Assembly (NCBI GenBank): GCA_963753595.1
Contig: CAVWCX010000007.1
Coordinates: forward strand, 96,001 to 160,000
Reading direction: 5' to 3'
Length of the DNA stretch: 64,000 bases
From: Candidatus Methanoperedenaceae archaeon
GTDB taxonomy: Archaea > Halobacteriota > Methanosarcinia > Methanosarcinales > Methanoperedenaceae
Shown here: piece by piece, positions 55,285-64,000 of the stretch
Layout of the letters: every line of letters begins with the position of its first letter
How positions within the stretch are numbered: position 1 is the stretch's first letter
Notes under the pieces: generated by a model
What the model saw: the letters and a program-made list of their open reading frames with translations, nothing else
Databases searched by the model: none
Told to the model about the DNA's origin: nothing
Program-made: the position numbers and the translations under genes

Positions 55285-57396
55285 GTGCAATTGGAGGATA
55301 TAATAGTGCCCAAAAAGGATAAAATGTCAATAATCATGTTCCTAGACCAGACGTTCGGGACCCTCAGGCTGATTCGACAGGGAAGCTCGATCAGTTTGGG
55401 AGGAATCGATCTCGCACCTGGTACGGCTGATGCTCTGGCACATCTCAAAGAAGCTGGCACCCGGATAACGCTGGTTACATTGGAACCACTATCCCAGCAA
55501 GCACAGCAAGTTTTAAATCAATTCCTTCCATCGATTGAGAATATCATCCCATTTGAGCGAGACATAACCAATACACTTTCTACTTGTGCGAAGCAGCTTT
55601 CAGTTGATCTGAAGCAAACAATTTTCGTTGCAGCCGATCGCATGTGGAGAGGCGCGGCGACAGAGCAGGGATGCCTTGCCGTTTCTCATCCAACAATTGC
55701 AGCTCTTGTAGCTCGTGGATGTTCTCTCCAGTTTGCCTATGCGACCGGGGATCGTGAGCAGTTCAACCGAATTTCTGAAGTCATTCCTTATTTCTGGGAA
55801 CGAAATGAAAATGGCTCATGGAGTTTACTGGCTGTAATGTCTCATGCTGCTGTTGCCGAAGCTGTTGGACGGCGAATTCGAGTCGAAATTCTGCCACTTG
55901 ATATATCCAAAGAGGATCCTCTCTTAGTTCAGCTTGACGAGATCAACGAACGTGCCAAAGAAGAACTAAAAAAACAGAAAATACTATTCGCTGACGGTCG
56001 GAGAATGCTTGTAGCATTAGGTCCTTCTATTTTCAACGATTCTCTTGCTATCCATGGATGGCACTTTCAATTCCTGATGCCCAGCCCAGAGTTGCTGCAA
56101 CCTGCTACCAATACATCCATTGCTATTCGGGAAGCTCAGGTGGCTTTTGGCAAGTGGCCTCTAGACAAGGTCAAAGTCGGACGAATCCAAATCGATCCAG
56201 ACATTTTAGACATTATTCTGAATCGGTGCCCTTCAACAGCAATATCTTTTCAAGCTGATATCGATCGCTATCGTGGGGCTTCCAATCTGGACAGTTCCGG
56301 CCCAATTATATCGAGGCATATACGGCATTCCGACAATCAAAGGACAGTGCAGGCTATTGTGAACGAGTTGAATGAGATGGGGTATTGTGCTTATACTCAT
56401 AGTTTCACTCACGCTGGAATGACATTGAACAATGTCATCGCCGATTTGCCTGGAACTGGCTATTTCAGACTAGATCCGAATATCCGGGAACGAGTGAAGG
56501 AAATCTTTTTAAAGCATCCTTTCCCTGATCCGCCAGATCCTTGGATAAAATCCATCTCCAAACTTGTAGGAATGAAGTGGTTCAAGGATCAAAACTTCAA
56601 TAGGCTTTCTCCTTTAAAGTTAAGAAGCACACTTGAAACAATGTTTGAACTTAAGCCTTGGTTTCCCTGGTGGCTGAAACGATGCCCGCTTGCTGGACTG
56701 GGGTCGCAGATCATTATTGTTGGCTGCCATCTGGATTCTACTGCTGCTAGAGATGTAGGATATAATCCCCTCACGGATCCTGCTCCTGGTGCCGACGACG
56801 ATGCTTCTGGAATTGTAGCTACACTAGCGATTGCCCGTTATCTATCAGGCTTTCGCGGGAAACTGACACATTCCGTGCGTTTCTGCTTCTTCAACGCAGA
56901 GGATTCTGGCTTGGTTGGCAGCAAAGCATATGCTGCAATGCTGAAAGCATCAGGTGCTCCGATTAAGGCAGTTGTTTGCATGGATATGATTGGTTATAAT
57001 AGCGACGCAGCGCGCATATTCGAAATACACGCAGGGTACACCGATCCTGCTGTGCGCGATAATAGCGCGCCAATCGCTGACTCGATTGCGACGTGGGCTT
57101 CCTGCTTAGGAGCTTTGGCTCCTGCTCAAATATACAAGGGTACGAGCAGTGCCAGCGGAGCAGACCGAAACCTCTATGATGGCGCAATCAATCGTAGCGA
57201 CCATGCTGCTTTTCACCAACAAGGCTACCCTGCAGTAGTAGTCTCAGAAGATTTCTTTGTCAATCTCGCATCAGAGCCTGGCGTGGATCCAAATCCGAAC
57301 TACCATAGGGGAGATGATACGGTCATCGATAGTGCCTATGCCTCAAATATAACCTGTGCCGTATCTTTCGCTATTAAGGAGCTTGCCAGAGGATAA
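55285..57396 (+). CDS. M28-family metallopeptidase with a long N-terminal extension
   Basis: VGCHLDS, PGADDDASG, FNAEDSGLVGS, MDMIGY, SDHAAF, YH..D. Confidence 0.85.
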   Translation: MQLEDIIVPKKDKMSIIMFLDQTFGTLRLIRQGSSISLGGIDLAPGTADALAHLKEAGTRITLVTLEPLSQQAQQVLNQFLPSIENIIPFERDITNTLSTCAKQLSVDLKQTIFVAADRMWRGAATEQGCLAVSHPTIAALVARGCSLQFAYATGDREQFNRISEVIPYFWERNENGSWSLLAVMSHAAVAEAVGRRIRVEILPLDISKEDPLLVQLDEINERAKEELKKQKILFADGRRMLVALGPSIFNDSLAIHGWHFQFLMPSPELLQPATNTSIAIREAQVAFGKWPLDKVKVGRIQIDPDILDIILNRCPSTAISFQADIDRYRGASNLDSSGPIISRHIRHSDNQRTVQAIVNELNEMGYCAYTHSFTHAGMTLNNVIADLPGTGYFRLDPNIRERVKEIFLKHPFPDPPDPWIKSISKLVGMKWFKDQNFNRLSPLKLRSTLETMFELKPWFPWWLKRCPLAGLGSQIIIVGCHLDSTAARDVGYNPLTDPAPGADDDASGIVATLAIARYLSGFRGKLTHSVRFCFFNAEDSGLVGSKAYAAMLKASGAPIKAVVCMDMIGYNSDAARIFEIHAGYTDPAVRDNSAPIADSIATWASCLGALAPAQIYKGTSSASGADRNLYDGAINRSDHAAFHQQGYPAVVVSEDFFVNLASEPGVDPNPNYHRGDDTVIDSAYASNITCAVSFAIKELARG

Positions 57397-57820
57397 GAGA
57401 GACTGCAATGCTATGTGAAAATTAGAGCTCGCAATAGGATTTTTACGACAGAAAATCAAAAAAGTCATGCGACCCTAGAAGTATAGACATGTTCCATTTC
57501 ATGGTGTTTATTTTCCTAATCGCTATTCTTTTTGGTTAAATACGTACCCCAACTTAACACCACGATTTTTATTCGGGATTCCTATCGCCTATACGAGCAT
57601 AACACCTCTATCGCCTTCAGTCACCGGTATACCCCGTACGATGTACGAGGCCTGTATAACTGCATCAGCCCCCTATTAGACCCTAATTCTCCACTATATA
57701 CTATTTGAATTAAATGGTTTTGTGTTGCACACTGGCTTTAATACCAGGACGAATTGAAACATTCTCCTTTTTCCCAATAATTTAATTACATCAACATACA
57801 ATTAGAACCGGAGTGAAATT

Positions 57821-58867
57821 ATGTTTGATAGAAAAGCGCTTTTAGAGAGATTATCGAATGCCCATGGTGTTTCAGGGTATGAAGGAAATATAAGGCAGAT
57901 CATTGAAGAGGAAGTCAGGCCTTATGTTGATGAAATAAAAACTGATAAGATGGGCAATCTCATTGCTACAAAAAAAGGAAAAAAACCTGTCGTGATGCTT
58001 GCCGCCCATATGGATGAGATCGGCTTGATGGTAAAATATGTTGACGATAAAGGCTTTGCACGTTTCACAAAAACCGGAGGATGGTTCGACCAGACCCTCC
58101 TTAACCAGAGGATGATATTGCATACGGAGAACGGCCCTGTTTATGGTGTTCTTGGTTCCAAACCTCCGCATGTGATAAAAGAAGAGGAGAAGAATAAAGT
58201 AATAAAAGCCGATGACATGTTCATTGATGTGGGAGCAACAAGCAAGGAAGATGCGGATAAAATAGGTGTAAAAACCGGAACCCCGGTCACTTCAGATATT
58301 GATTTTAAATCCCTGGGAAATGACTTTGTCACTGGAAAGGCTTTTGATAACAGGGCAGGCTGCGTAATGCTGATCGAAGCGCTTAGCATGATGAAAGATG
58401 TAAAAGCCACAGTCCATGCAGTGTTTACTGTACAGGAAGAAGTAGGATTAAAAGGAGCAAAAACATCTGCTTTCAGATTGAATCCTGATGTCGCTCTTGC
58501 TACTGATGTCACAATAACAGGAGACCATCCGGGAATTGATAAAAAAGATTCTTCTATTGAGATGGGAAAAGGTCCTTCAGTCACCGTAAGTGATGCTGAC
58601 GGGCGCGGGATAATCGTTCCTGAATCTGTATTGAAATGGCTAAAGGAGGCTGCCGGTTCTAGCATCCCATACCAGCTTGAAGTGGGAAGCGGCGGCACTA
58701 CTGATGCAACAGCGATACACCTTACAAAGGAAGGAATACCCACAGGTGTTATCAGCATGCCTACACGTTATATCCATACTCCCGTATCAGTGTTGAGCAT
58801 GGCAGACCTTGAAAAGAGCGCAGAATTGATCGCAAAGGCAGTTGAAATCGTGGATAAGTTTTTCTGA
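57821..58867 (+). CDS. M42 (TET-like) aminopeptidase
   Basis: AAHMDEIG, KAFDNR, QEEVGLKGA, GGTTDA, RYIHTP. Confidence 0.95.
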   Translation: MFDRKALLERLSNAHGVSGYEGNIRQIIEEEVRPYVDEIKTDKMGNLIATKKGKKPVVMLAAHMDEIGLMVKYVDDKGFARFTKTGGWFDQTLLNQRMILHTENGPVYGVLGSKPPHVIKEEEKNKVIKADDMFIDVGATSKEDADKIGVKTGTPVTSDIDFKSLGNDFVTGKAFDNRAGCVMLIEALSMMKDVKATVHAVFTVQEEVGLKGAKTSAFRLNPDVALATDVTITGDHPGIDKKDSSIEMGKGPSVTVSDADGRGIIVPESVLKWLKEAAGSSIPYQLEVGSGGTTDATAIHLTKEGIPTGVISMPTRYIHTPVSVLSMADLEKSAELIAKAVEIVDKFF

Positions 58868-58917
58868 ATAGAGGCTATTATTGTTGACATTATAATTAAT
58901 AAGATGGTGATATAAAT

Positions 58918-59097
58918 ATGAAGAATGTTGAAATGTCAGTAGAAGGGAACATCTTAACGATAAAGGTGGATTTGACAAAGGATTTCGGGCCATCAGCATC
59001 AGGGAAAACTATCATTATAGCATCGAGTGAAGGCAACCAGTCCATACCTGGAAAGGAAGCTTTGAAAATAGGATTGAATGTTTATAAGAAGAAATAA
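58918..59097 (+). CDS. 59-aa small hypothetical protein
   Basis: MKNVEMSVEGNILTIKVDLTKDFGPSASGKTIIIASSEGN...KIGLNVYKKK; GGTGA RBS. Confidence 0.75.
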   Translation: MKNVEMSVEGNILTIKVDLTKDFGPSASGKTIIIASSEGNQSIPGKEALKIGLNVYKKK

Positions 59098-59148
59098 AAT
59101 CGCAGATAAATCCAGATTATGGAAATTATTGAGTAATAGTGCACAAAT

Positions 59149-59442
59149 ATGAAAACCATCGGTGAAATAAAATCAATCCTTTCAGAGCAGAAGCATAAGC
59201 TAAGAAAGACGTACAGAGTAAAAGAGATAGGAATTTTTGGCTCTTATGTCCGGGGAGAACAGAAAGAAATATCCGATCTTGATGTTCTCGTTGAATTTGA
59301 TGAGCCAGTTAGTCTTCTCTGGCTTGTAAAAGTTGAGATATATCTGTCTGAGCTTTTAGGCATAAAGGTTGACCTCGTGCCCAAAAAGGACGTAAGACCT
59401 GAGCTAAAAGAAAGAATTCTTAAAGAGGCGGTATATCTGTGA
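59149..59442 (+). CDS. minimal nucleotidyltransferase (MNT antitoxin)
   Basis: GIFGSYVRGEQ...SDLDVLVEF, KVDLV. Confidence 0.92.
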   Translation: MKTIGEIKSILSEQKHKLRKTYRVKEIGIFGSYVRGEQKEISDLDVLVEFDEPVSLLWLVKVEIYLSELLGIKVDLVPKKDVRPELKERILKEAVYL

Positions 59443-59480
59443 ATCGTGATATTTCCATTTATCTTAAGGATATCCTCTGA
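59439..59480 (+). pseudogene. 13-codon remnant of a HEPN/DUF86 toxin
   Basis: GTG start overlaps the MNT stop; MNRDISIYLKDIL* resembles the DUF86 N-terminus. Confidence 0.6.
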
Positions 59481-59553
59481 CAGAAAAAGTAATATACAAC
59501 TCAAGACCGTTATACTGGATTCACAATCAATAAAATAATAGAAGGGATTTCCT

Positions 59554-61038
59554 TTATTTAAAAATATAAAAATACTCGATACCACCCTCAGGGACGGAGA
59601 ACAGACACCCGGAGTTTCACTCACAACAGAGAACAAGCTATTGATCGCAAGAAAGATAGACAGCCTTGGCGTTGATATTCTGGAAGCAGGTTCTGCTATT
59701 ACTTCCGAGGGTGAGCGCGCTTCGATAAAAGAAATAGCAGCGGCAGGGTTGAATGCAGAGATATGCAGCTACTGCCGTATTAAGAAAGAAGATATTGATG
59801 CAGCCATTGCCTGTGATGTTGACTCAATCCATCTTGTTGTACCTGTATCTGATCTTCATATCCAGCAGAAATTAAAAAAAGACAGGGATTCTGTCCGGGA
59901 ACTGGCCGCAGAAATGACAGAGTATGCAAAATCACATGGATTGATCGTCGAATTAAGCGGGGAAGATGCATCAAGGGCTGATCTTGAATACCTTAAATCC
60001 GTTTATAATGCAGGGATCGACGCGGGAGCTGACAGGCTGTGTTTTTGTGATACGGTAGGAATTCTTCTTCCTGAAAATACCTATGAGATCTTCACTGACC
60101 TTTCTTCGCTTCGTGCTCCTATAAGCGTTCATTGCCACAATGATTTCGGAATGGCTACAGCAAATACGATTTCAGCTCTGCGTGCAGGCGCAAATGAAGC
60201 CCATGTTACAATAAATGGCATCGGAGAACGCGCAGGGAACACCTCACTTGAAGAAGTGGTCATGGTTCTTTATTCATTATACAAATATAAAACAGCAATA
60301 GATATAAAAGGTTTATACACCACTTCGCGTCTTGTCAGCAGGCTAAGCGGCATTCCGGTCGCTCCCAATAAGTCAATAGTAGGTGGAAATGCGTTCACTC
60401 ATGAAGCGGGCATCCATGTTCATGGACTTCTTGCAAATACCGCCACATACGAACCAATAACACCTGAACTTGTGGGACGTGAGCGAAAGATCGTACTCGG
60501 GAAACACGCAGGAAGAAGTTCAGTAGTTCTTGCATTAAAAGAACTGGGGCTGGATGCAAGTGAAAAACAGATCGATGATATCGTTATCCGGATGAAAGAA
60601 CTTGGAGATAAAGGAAAACGTGTCACGGATGCAGATCTCCAGACAATAGCTGAAACAGTCCTTGGAATATACCAGGAAGCAAAGATCAAGCTGGAAGAAC
60701 TTACTGTCGTAGCAGGAAATACTGTAATGCCTACTGCTTCCATCCGGTTGAAGGTCAACGGGAATCATGTCGTTGAAGCAGGCGTGGGAACAGGACCTGT
60801 GGATGCTGCAATAAATGCATTGAAAAAAGCCCTTTCAGGGGTAGCGGATATACATCTTGATGAATACCATGTTGATGCCATTACAGGCGGAACCGATGCC
60901 CTTGTTGAAGTCTGGATAAAACTCAGTAAAGGCGGGAAGACAATAACCGCAAGAGGCGCAAGGACAGACATCATAATGGCATCAGTTGAAGCAGTCCTTG
61001 AAGGCATAAACAGGTTAATACAACAGGAAAAAAAATAG
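59554..61038 (+). CDS. cimA: (R)-citramalate synthase / 2-isopropylmalate synthase family; start codon non-canonical and uncertain
   Basis: In-frame ILDTTLRDGEQTPG lies upstream of the predicted TTG; HCHNDFG, GERAGN, GTGPVDA motifs; in an operon with ilvB/ilvN. Confidence 0.8.
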   Translation, partial: LFKNIKILDTTLRDGEQTPGVSLTTENKLLIARKIDSLGVDILEAGSAITSEGERASIKEIAAAGLNAEICSYCRIKKEDIDAAIACDVDSIHLVVPVSDLHIQQKLKKDRDSVRELAAEMTEYAKSHGLIVELSGEDASRADLEYLKSVYNAGIDAGADRLCFCDTVGILLPENTYEIFTDLSSLRAPISVHCHNDFGMATANTISALRAGANEAHVTINGIGERAGNTSLEEVVMVLYSLYKYKTAIDIKGLYTTSRLVSRLSGIPVAPNKSIVGGNAFTHEAGIHVHGLLANTATYEPITPELVGRERKIVLGKHAGRSSVVLALKELGLDASEKQIDDIVIRMKELGDKGKRVTDADLQTIAETVLGIYQEAKIKLEELTVVAGNTVMPTASIRLKVNGNHVVEAGVGTGPVDAAINALKKALSGVADIHLDEYHVDAITGGTDALVEVWIKLSKGGKTITARGARTDIIMASVEAVLEGINRLIQQEKK

Positions 61039-61093
61039 ATCAAAATTTCAGAAATATTTATACAATATCAGTCAGTGTTAAAGGTAGATAAAA

Positions 61094-62773
61094 ATGACCA
61101 AACCCAAAATGTCTGGTGCGCACGCAATAATTGAATCGCTTTCGCATGAAAATGTCGAAGTTATCTTCGGATATCCAGGAGGGTCAGTGCTTCCCCTGTA
61201 TGATGAATTATACGATGCAAAAATAAGACATATCCTTGTAAGACATGAGCAAGCTGCAGCGCATGCTGCTGATGGCTATGCAAGAGCTACTGGTAAAGCG
61301 GGAGTCTGTCTTGCCACTTCAGGACCCGGGGCTACAAACCTTGTTACAGGTATTGCCACTGCATATATGGATTCTGTGCCCATGATAGCAATTACAGGCC
61401 AGGTACAAAGGTCGCTTATAGGTTATGACGCATTCCAGGAAGCCAATATCACAGGTATTACACTTCCGATCACAAAACACAATTATTTAGTCCAGGACGC
61501 ACAGGACATACCCCGGATTTTCAAGGAAGCCTTCTACATTGCCCAGACAGGCCGGCCCGGACCAGTCCTGATCGACGTACCTAAGGATGCTCAAATTGAG
61601 ATAATAGACTTTGAATATCCGCAGGAAGTAAAATTGCGCGGTTATAAACCAACCTATGCGGGAAATGAACAGCAGATAAAAAAGGCTGCATCATTGATCG
61701 TAAAAGCTGAAAAACCCATATTCTATGTCGGAGGAGGTATTATTTTCTCAAAGGCCTCTGAAGAATTGAGGACTCTTGCTGAAACCATAATGGCTCCTGT
61801 TACAACGACCCTTATGGGTATGAGCGCTTTTCCCACAGCTCACCCGTTGTCTGTTGGGATGCTGGGAATGCATGGTACAAGATATGCAAATTATGCAATT
61901 CAGGAATCTGACCTGATAATCGCAATTGGGGTACGCTTTGATGACAGGGTGACAGGTAAAATATCTGCATTTGCGCCTAATGCAAAGATAATCCATATTG
62001 ATATCGACCCGGCTGAGATAAGTAAAAATGTACGCGTAGATATCCCGATAGTCGGGGATGCCAGGAATGTGCTCAAAAGCCTCATAAAATATGTAAAAAT
62101 CGAACAGGCAAAGACGGATGCCTGGATCAAGAAGATAGATGGCTGGAAAAAAGAATATCCACTAACCTATAAGAAGGATAAAATGCTTCGCCCCCAGTTC
62201 GTGGTCGAGCAGATATCCGAGATTTGTCCTGATGCGATAATCGTTACCGAAGTCGGACAAAACCAGATGTGGGCAGCACAATTCTTTAATTATAAGACGC
62301 CAGGGACATTTATATCAAGCGGAGGGCTTGGCACTATGGGTTACGGCTTCCCCGCAGCCATAGGCGCAAAGGTTGGAAAACCTGAATCCACGGTTATTGA
62401 TATCTCAGGTGATGGATCGTTCCAGATGAACTCACAGGAGCTTGCAACAGTTGTCCAGGAAGACATTCCCGTCATCGTTGCAATATTGAACAACGGGTTT
62501 CTTGGAATGGTCAGGCAGTGGCAGGAACTGTTTTTCGACAGGCGGTATTCATCAACATGTCTTGAGAATAGCGTGGATTTCGTGAAACTTGCAGAGGCTT
62601 ATGGGGCTCTTGGATTGCGTGCAACCAGGAAAAGTGAAGTGAAGGATGTTATTGTAGAAGCTGTAGCATCTAAGAGGCCAACAGTTATTGATTTTGTAGT
62701 TGAACGGGAAGAAAATGTATCTCCAATGGTTCCAGCCGGGGCTGCTATCAATGAGATACTGGACCTGGAGTGA
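61094..62773 (+). CDS. ilvB: acetolactate synthase large subunit
   Basis: [34 protein letters not shown]. Confidence 0.96.
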   Translation: MTKPKMSGAHAIIESLSHENVEVIFGYPGGSVLPLYDELYDAKIRHILVRHEQAAAHAADGYARATGKAGVCLATSGPGATNLVTGIATAYMDSVPMIAITGQVQRSLIGYDAFQEANITGITLPITKHNYLVQDAQDIPRIFKEAFYIAQTGRPGPVLIDVPKDAQIEIIDFEYPQEVKLRGYKPTYAGNEQQIKKAASLIVKAEKPIFYVGGGIIFSKASEELRTLAETIMAPVTTTLMGMSAFPTAHPLSVGMLGMHGTRYANYAIQESDLIIAIGVRFDDRVTGKISAFAPNAKIIHIDIDPAEISKNVRVDIPIVGDARNVLKSLIKYVKIEQAKTDAWIKKIDGWKKEYPLTYKKDKMLRPQFVVEQISEICPDAIIVTEVGQNQMWAAQFFNYKTPGTFISSGGLGTMGYGFPAAIGAKVGKPESTVIDISGDGSFQMNSQELATVVQEDIPVIVAILNNGFLGMVRQWQELFFDRRYSSTCLENSVDFVKLAEAYGALGLRATRKSEVKDVIVEAVASKRPTVIDFVVEREENVSPMVPAGAAINEILDLE

Positions 62774-62778
62774 TCAAA

Positions 62779-63279
62779 ATGAAACATACGCTTGCCATAC
62801 TTGTGGAAAACAGACCCGGAGTCTTAACCAGGGTCGCAGGTTTATTCTCAAGGAGAGGTTTTAATATCGAAAGCCTGGCTGTTGGTGTTACAGAAAACAA
62901 GGATATTTCGCGTATTACAATTCTTGTAAGCGGAGATGACAATGTCCTTGAACAGGTCGAAAAACAGCTGAATAAACTTATTGATGTTATAAGGGTAAGT
63001 GACATCCCGGCAGAGGAATCAGTAAACAGGGAACTTGCACTCATTAAAGTCGGGGTAGATACAACAACCCGCGCTGAAGTAATGCAGATAGTGGATATCT
63101 TCAGGGCTAAAATCGTTGATGTGGGAATTAAATCGCTTGTTATTGAAGTGACAGGAGATGAGAGCAAGATCAATGCCATTGAGCAACTGCTTCGACAGTT
63201 CGGGATAAAAGAAATGGTCAGGACAGGTAAGATCGCGATGAACCGAGGGGCAAAAGTTGTCCAGAGTGAAAAACGGTAG
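62779..63279 (+). CDS. ilvN: acetolactate synthase small subunit
   Basis: [34 protein letters not shown]. Confidence 0.96.
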   Translation: MKHTLAILVENRPGVLTRVAGLFSRRGFNIESLAVGVTENKDISRITILVSGDDNVLEQVEKQLNKLIDVIRVSDIPAEESVNRELALIKVGVDTTTRAEVMQIVDIFRAKIVDVGIKSLVIEVTGDESKINAIEQLLRQFGIKEMVRTGKIAMNRGAKVVQSEKR

Positions 63280-63304
63280 GAGCCATTAACTAAATTGGGG
63301 TGTT

Positions 63305-63820
63305 TCAAATCCTCCATGTTTCCCACATTACGATCTCATCGAAACCTTTTCGTGGTGTTGGCTGCGGGATATCCGCGGGATATCCAAGAGATAGAAGCGT
63401 AACCACTCGAATTTCATCAGGGACATTTAATATTTCCTTGACCTTTTTTTCATCGAATGCACCAATCCAGCATGTTCCAAGTCCTTCTTCAACTGCTGTA
63501 AGTGTCATGTGATCAACAGCGATAGCAGTGTCAATGGGATAAGCAAGCTGGCCGCAGGCCATTACATAATCTTTTTGGACAGAACAGGCGGCAATAACTA
63601 CAGGCGCCTGGGCCAAAAATTTCTGGTTTCTTGCAGCTTCTGAAAGAGCTTTTCTGGTGCTTGCATCTTTTATTATAATAAACCTGCGCTCCTGGCGGTT
63701 TGAAGCTGAGGGTGAAAGTCTTCCTGATTCAAGTACCTTCATCAATTTTTCCTCTTCCACCTCGCGGGGTTCATACTCCCGGATACTTCGTCTGGTTCTT
63801 ATTGCTGTTTTCACATCCAT
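63305..63820 (-). CDS. nitroreductase family protein
   Basis: RRSIREY, SPSASNRQ, GLGTCWIG, LGYP. Confidence 0.93.
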   Translation of the reverse strand: MDVKTAIRTRRSIREYEPREVEEEKLMKVLESGRLSPSASNRQERRFIIIKDASTRKALSEAARNQKFLAQAPVVIAACSVQKDYVMACGQLAYPIDTAIAVDHMTLTAVEEGLGTCWIGAFDEKKVKEILNVPDEIRVVTLLSLGYPADIPQPTPRKGFDEIVMWETWRI

Positions 63821-64000
63821 AAATCTTCACTCCTTTATTTTTTTAAATTTTGTTGATATATGATATCAAATATCATAATATTATCATCCATATATAAATA
63901 AAATAGCTGACTTGCCAGGAGCTTATTATAATGTCATCGTTTGATCGTTTATATTGATCTCATCCACCGCGCCCCATTCCGTGTGACACCCACTCATCTA

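Noticed and set aside
882-63863. Numerous antisense or overlapping ORFs in the six-frame track
   Set aside because: They are shadows of well-supported genes on the opposite strand or in another frame.

Overview
Archaeal chromosome segment. Evidence: aIF6, L31e, L39e, an intron-containing tRNA-Met and a UPF0146 gene. The gene set points to Methanosarcinales, plausibly Ca. Methanoperedens (inference). The main feature is a ~27 kb, single-strand contractile injection system (eCIS/PLTS-type) operon at about 2.6-29.7 kb, just downstream of tRNA-Met. It encodes sheath, tube, baseplate, spike, PAAR-like, LysM, AAA+ ATPase, DUF4255 and DUF6519-like proteins. It also encodes a DUF4157 protein ending in an HNH/AHH-like nuclease, with no adjacent immunity gene. 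Its structural genes carry in-frame domain insertions: three copies of an unnamed ~86-aa module, a PA14 domain, and a duplicated module in the sheath. The rest of the window is housekeeping DNA (aroA, map, purM, nifB-like, larE, class II HMG-CoA reductase, cimA-ilvB-ilvN) mixed with accessory DNA. That accessory DNA includes a MITE, a tnpB element whose right end is split by an IS1182, decayed toxin-antitoxin loci, a 250-bp duplication, a frameshifted ferritin-like gene and a two-gene peptidase cassette. Two ORFs lack a canonical start codon. All family assignments come from motif recognition by eye; no database search was run.
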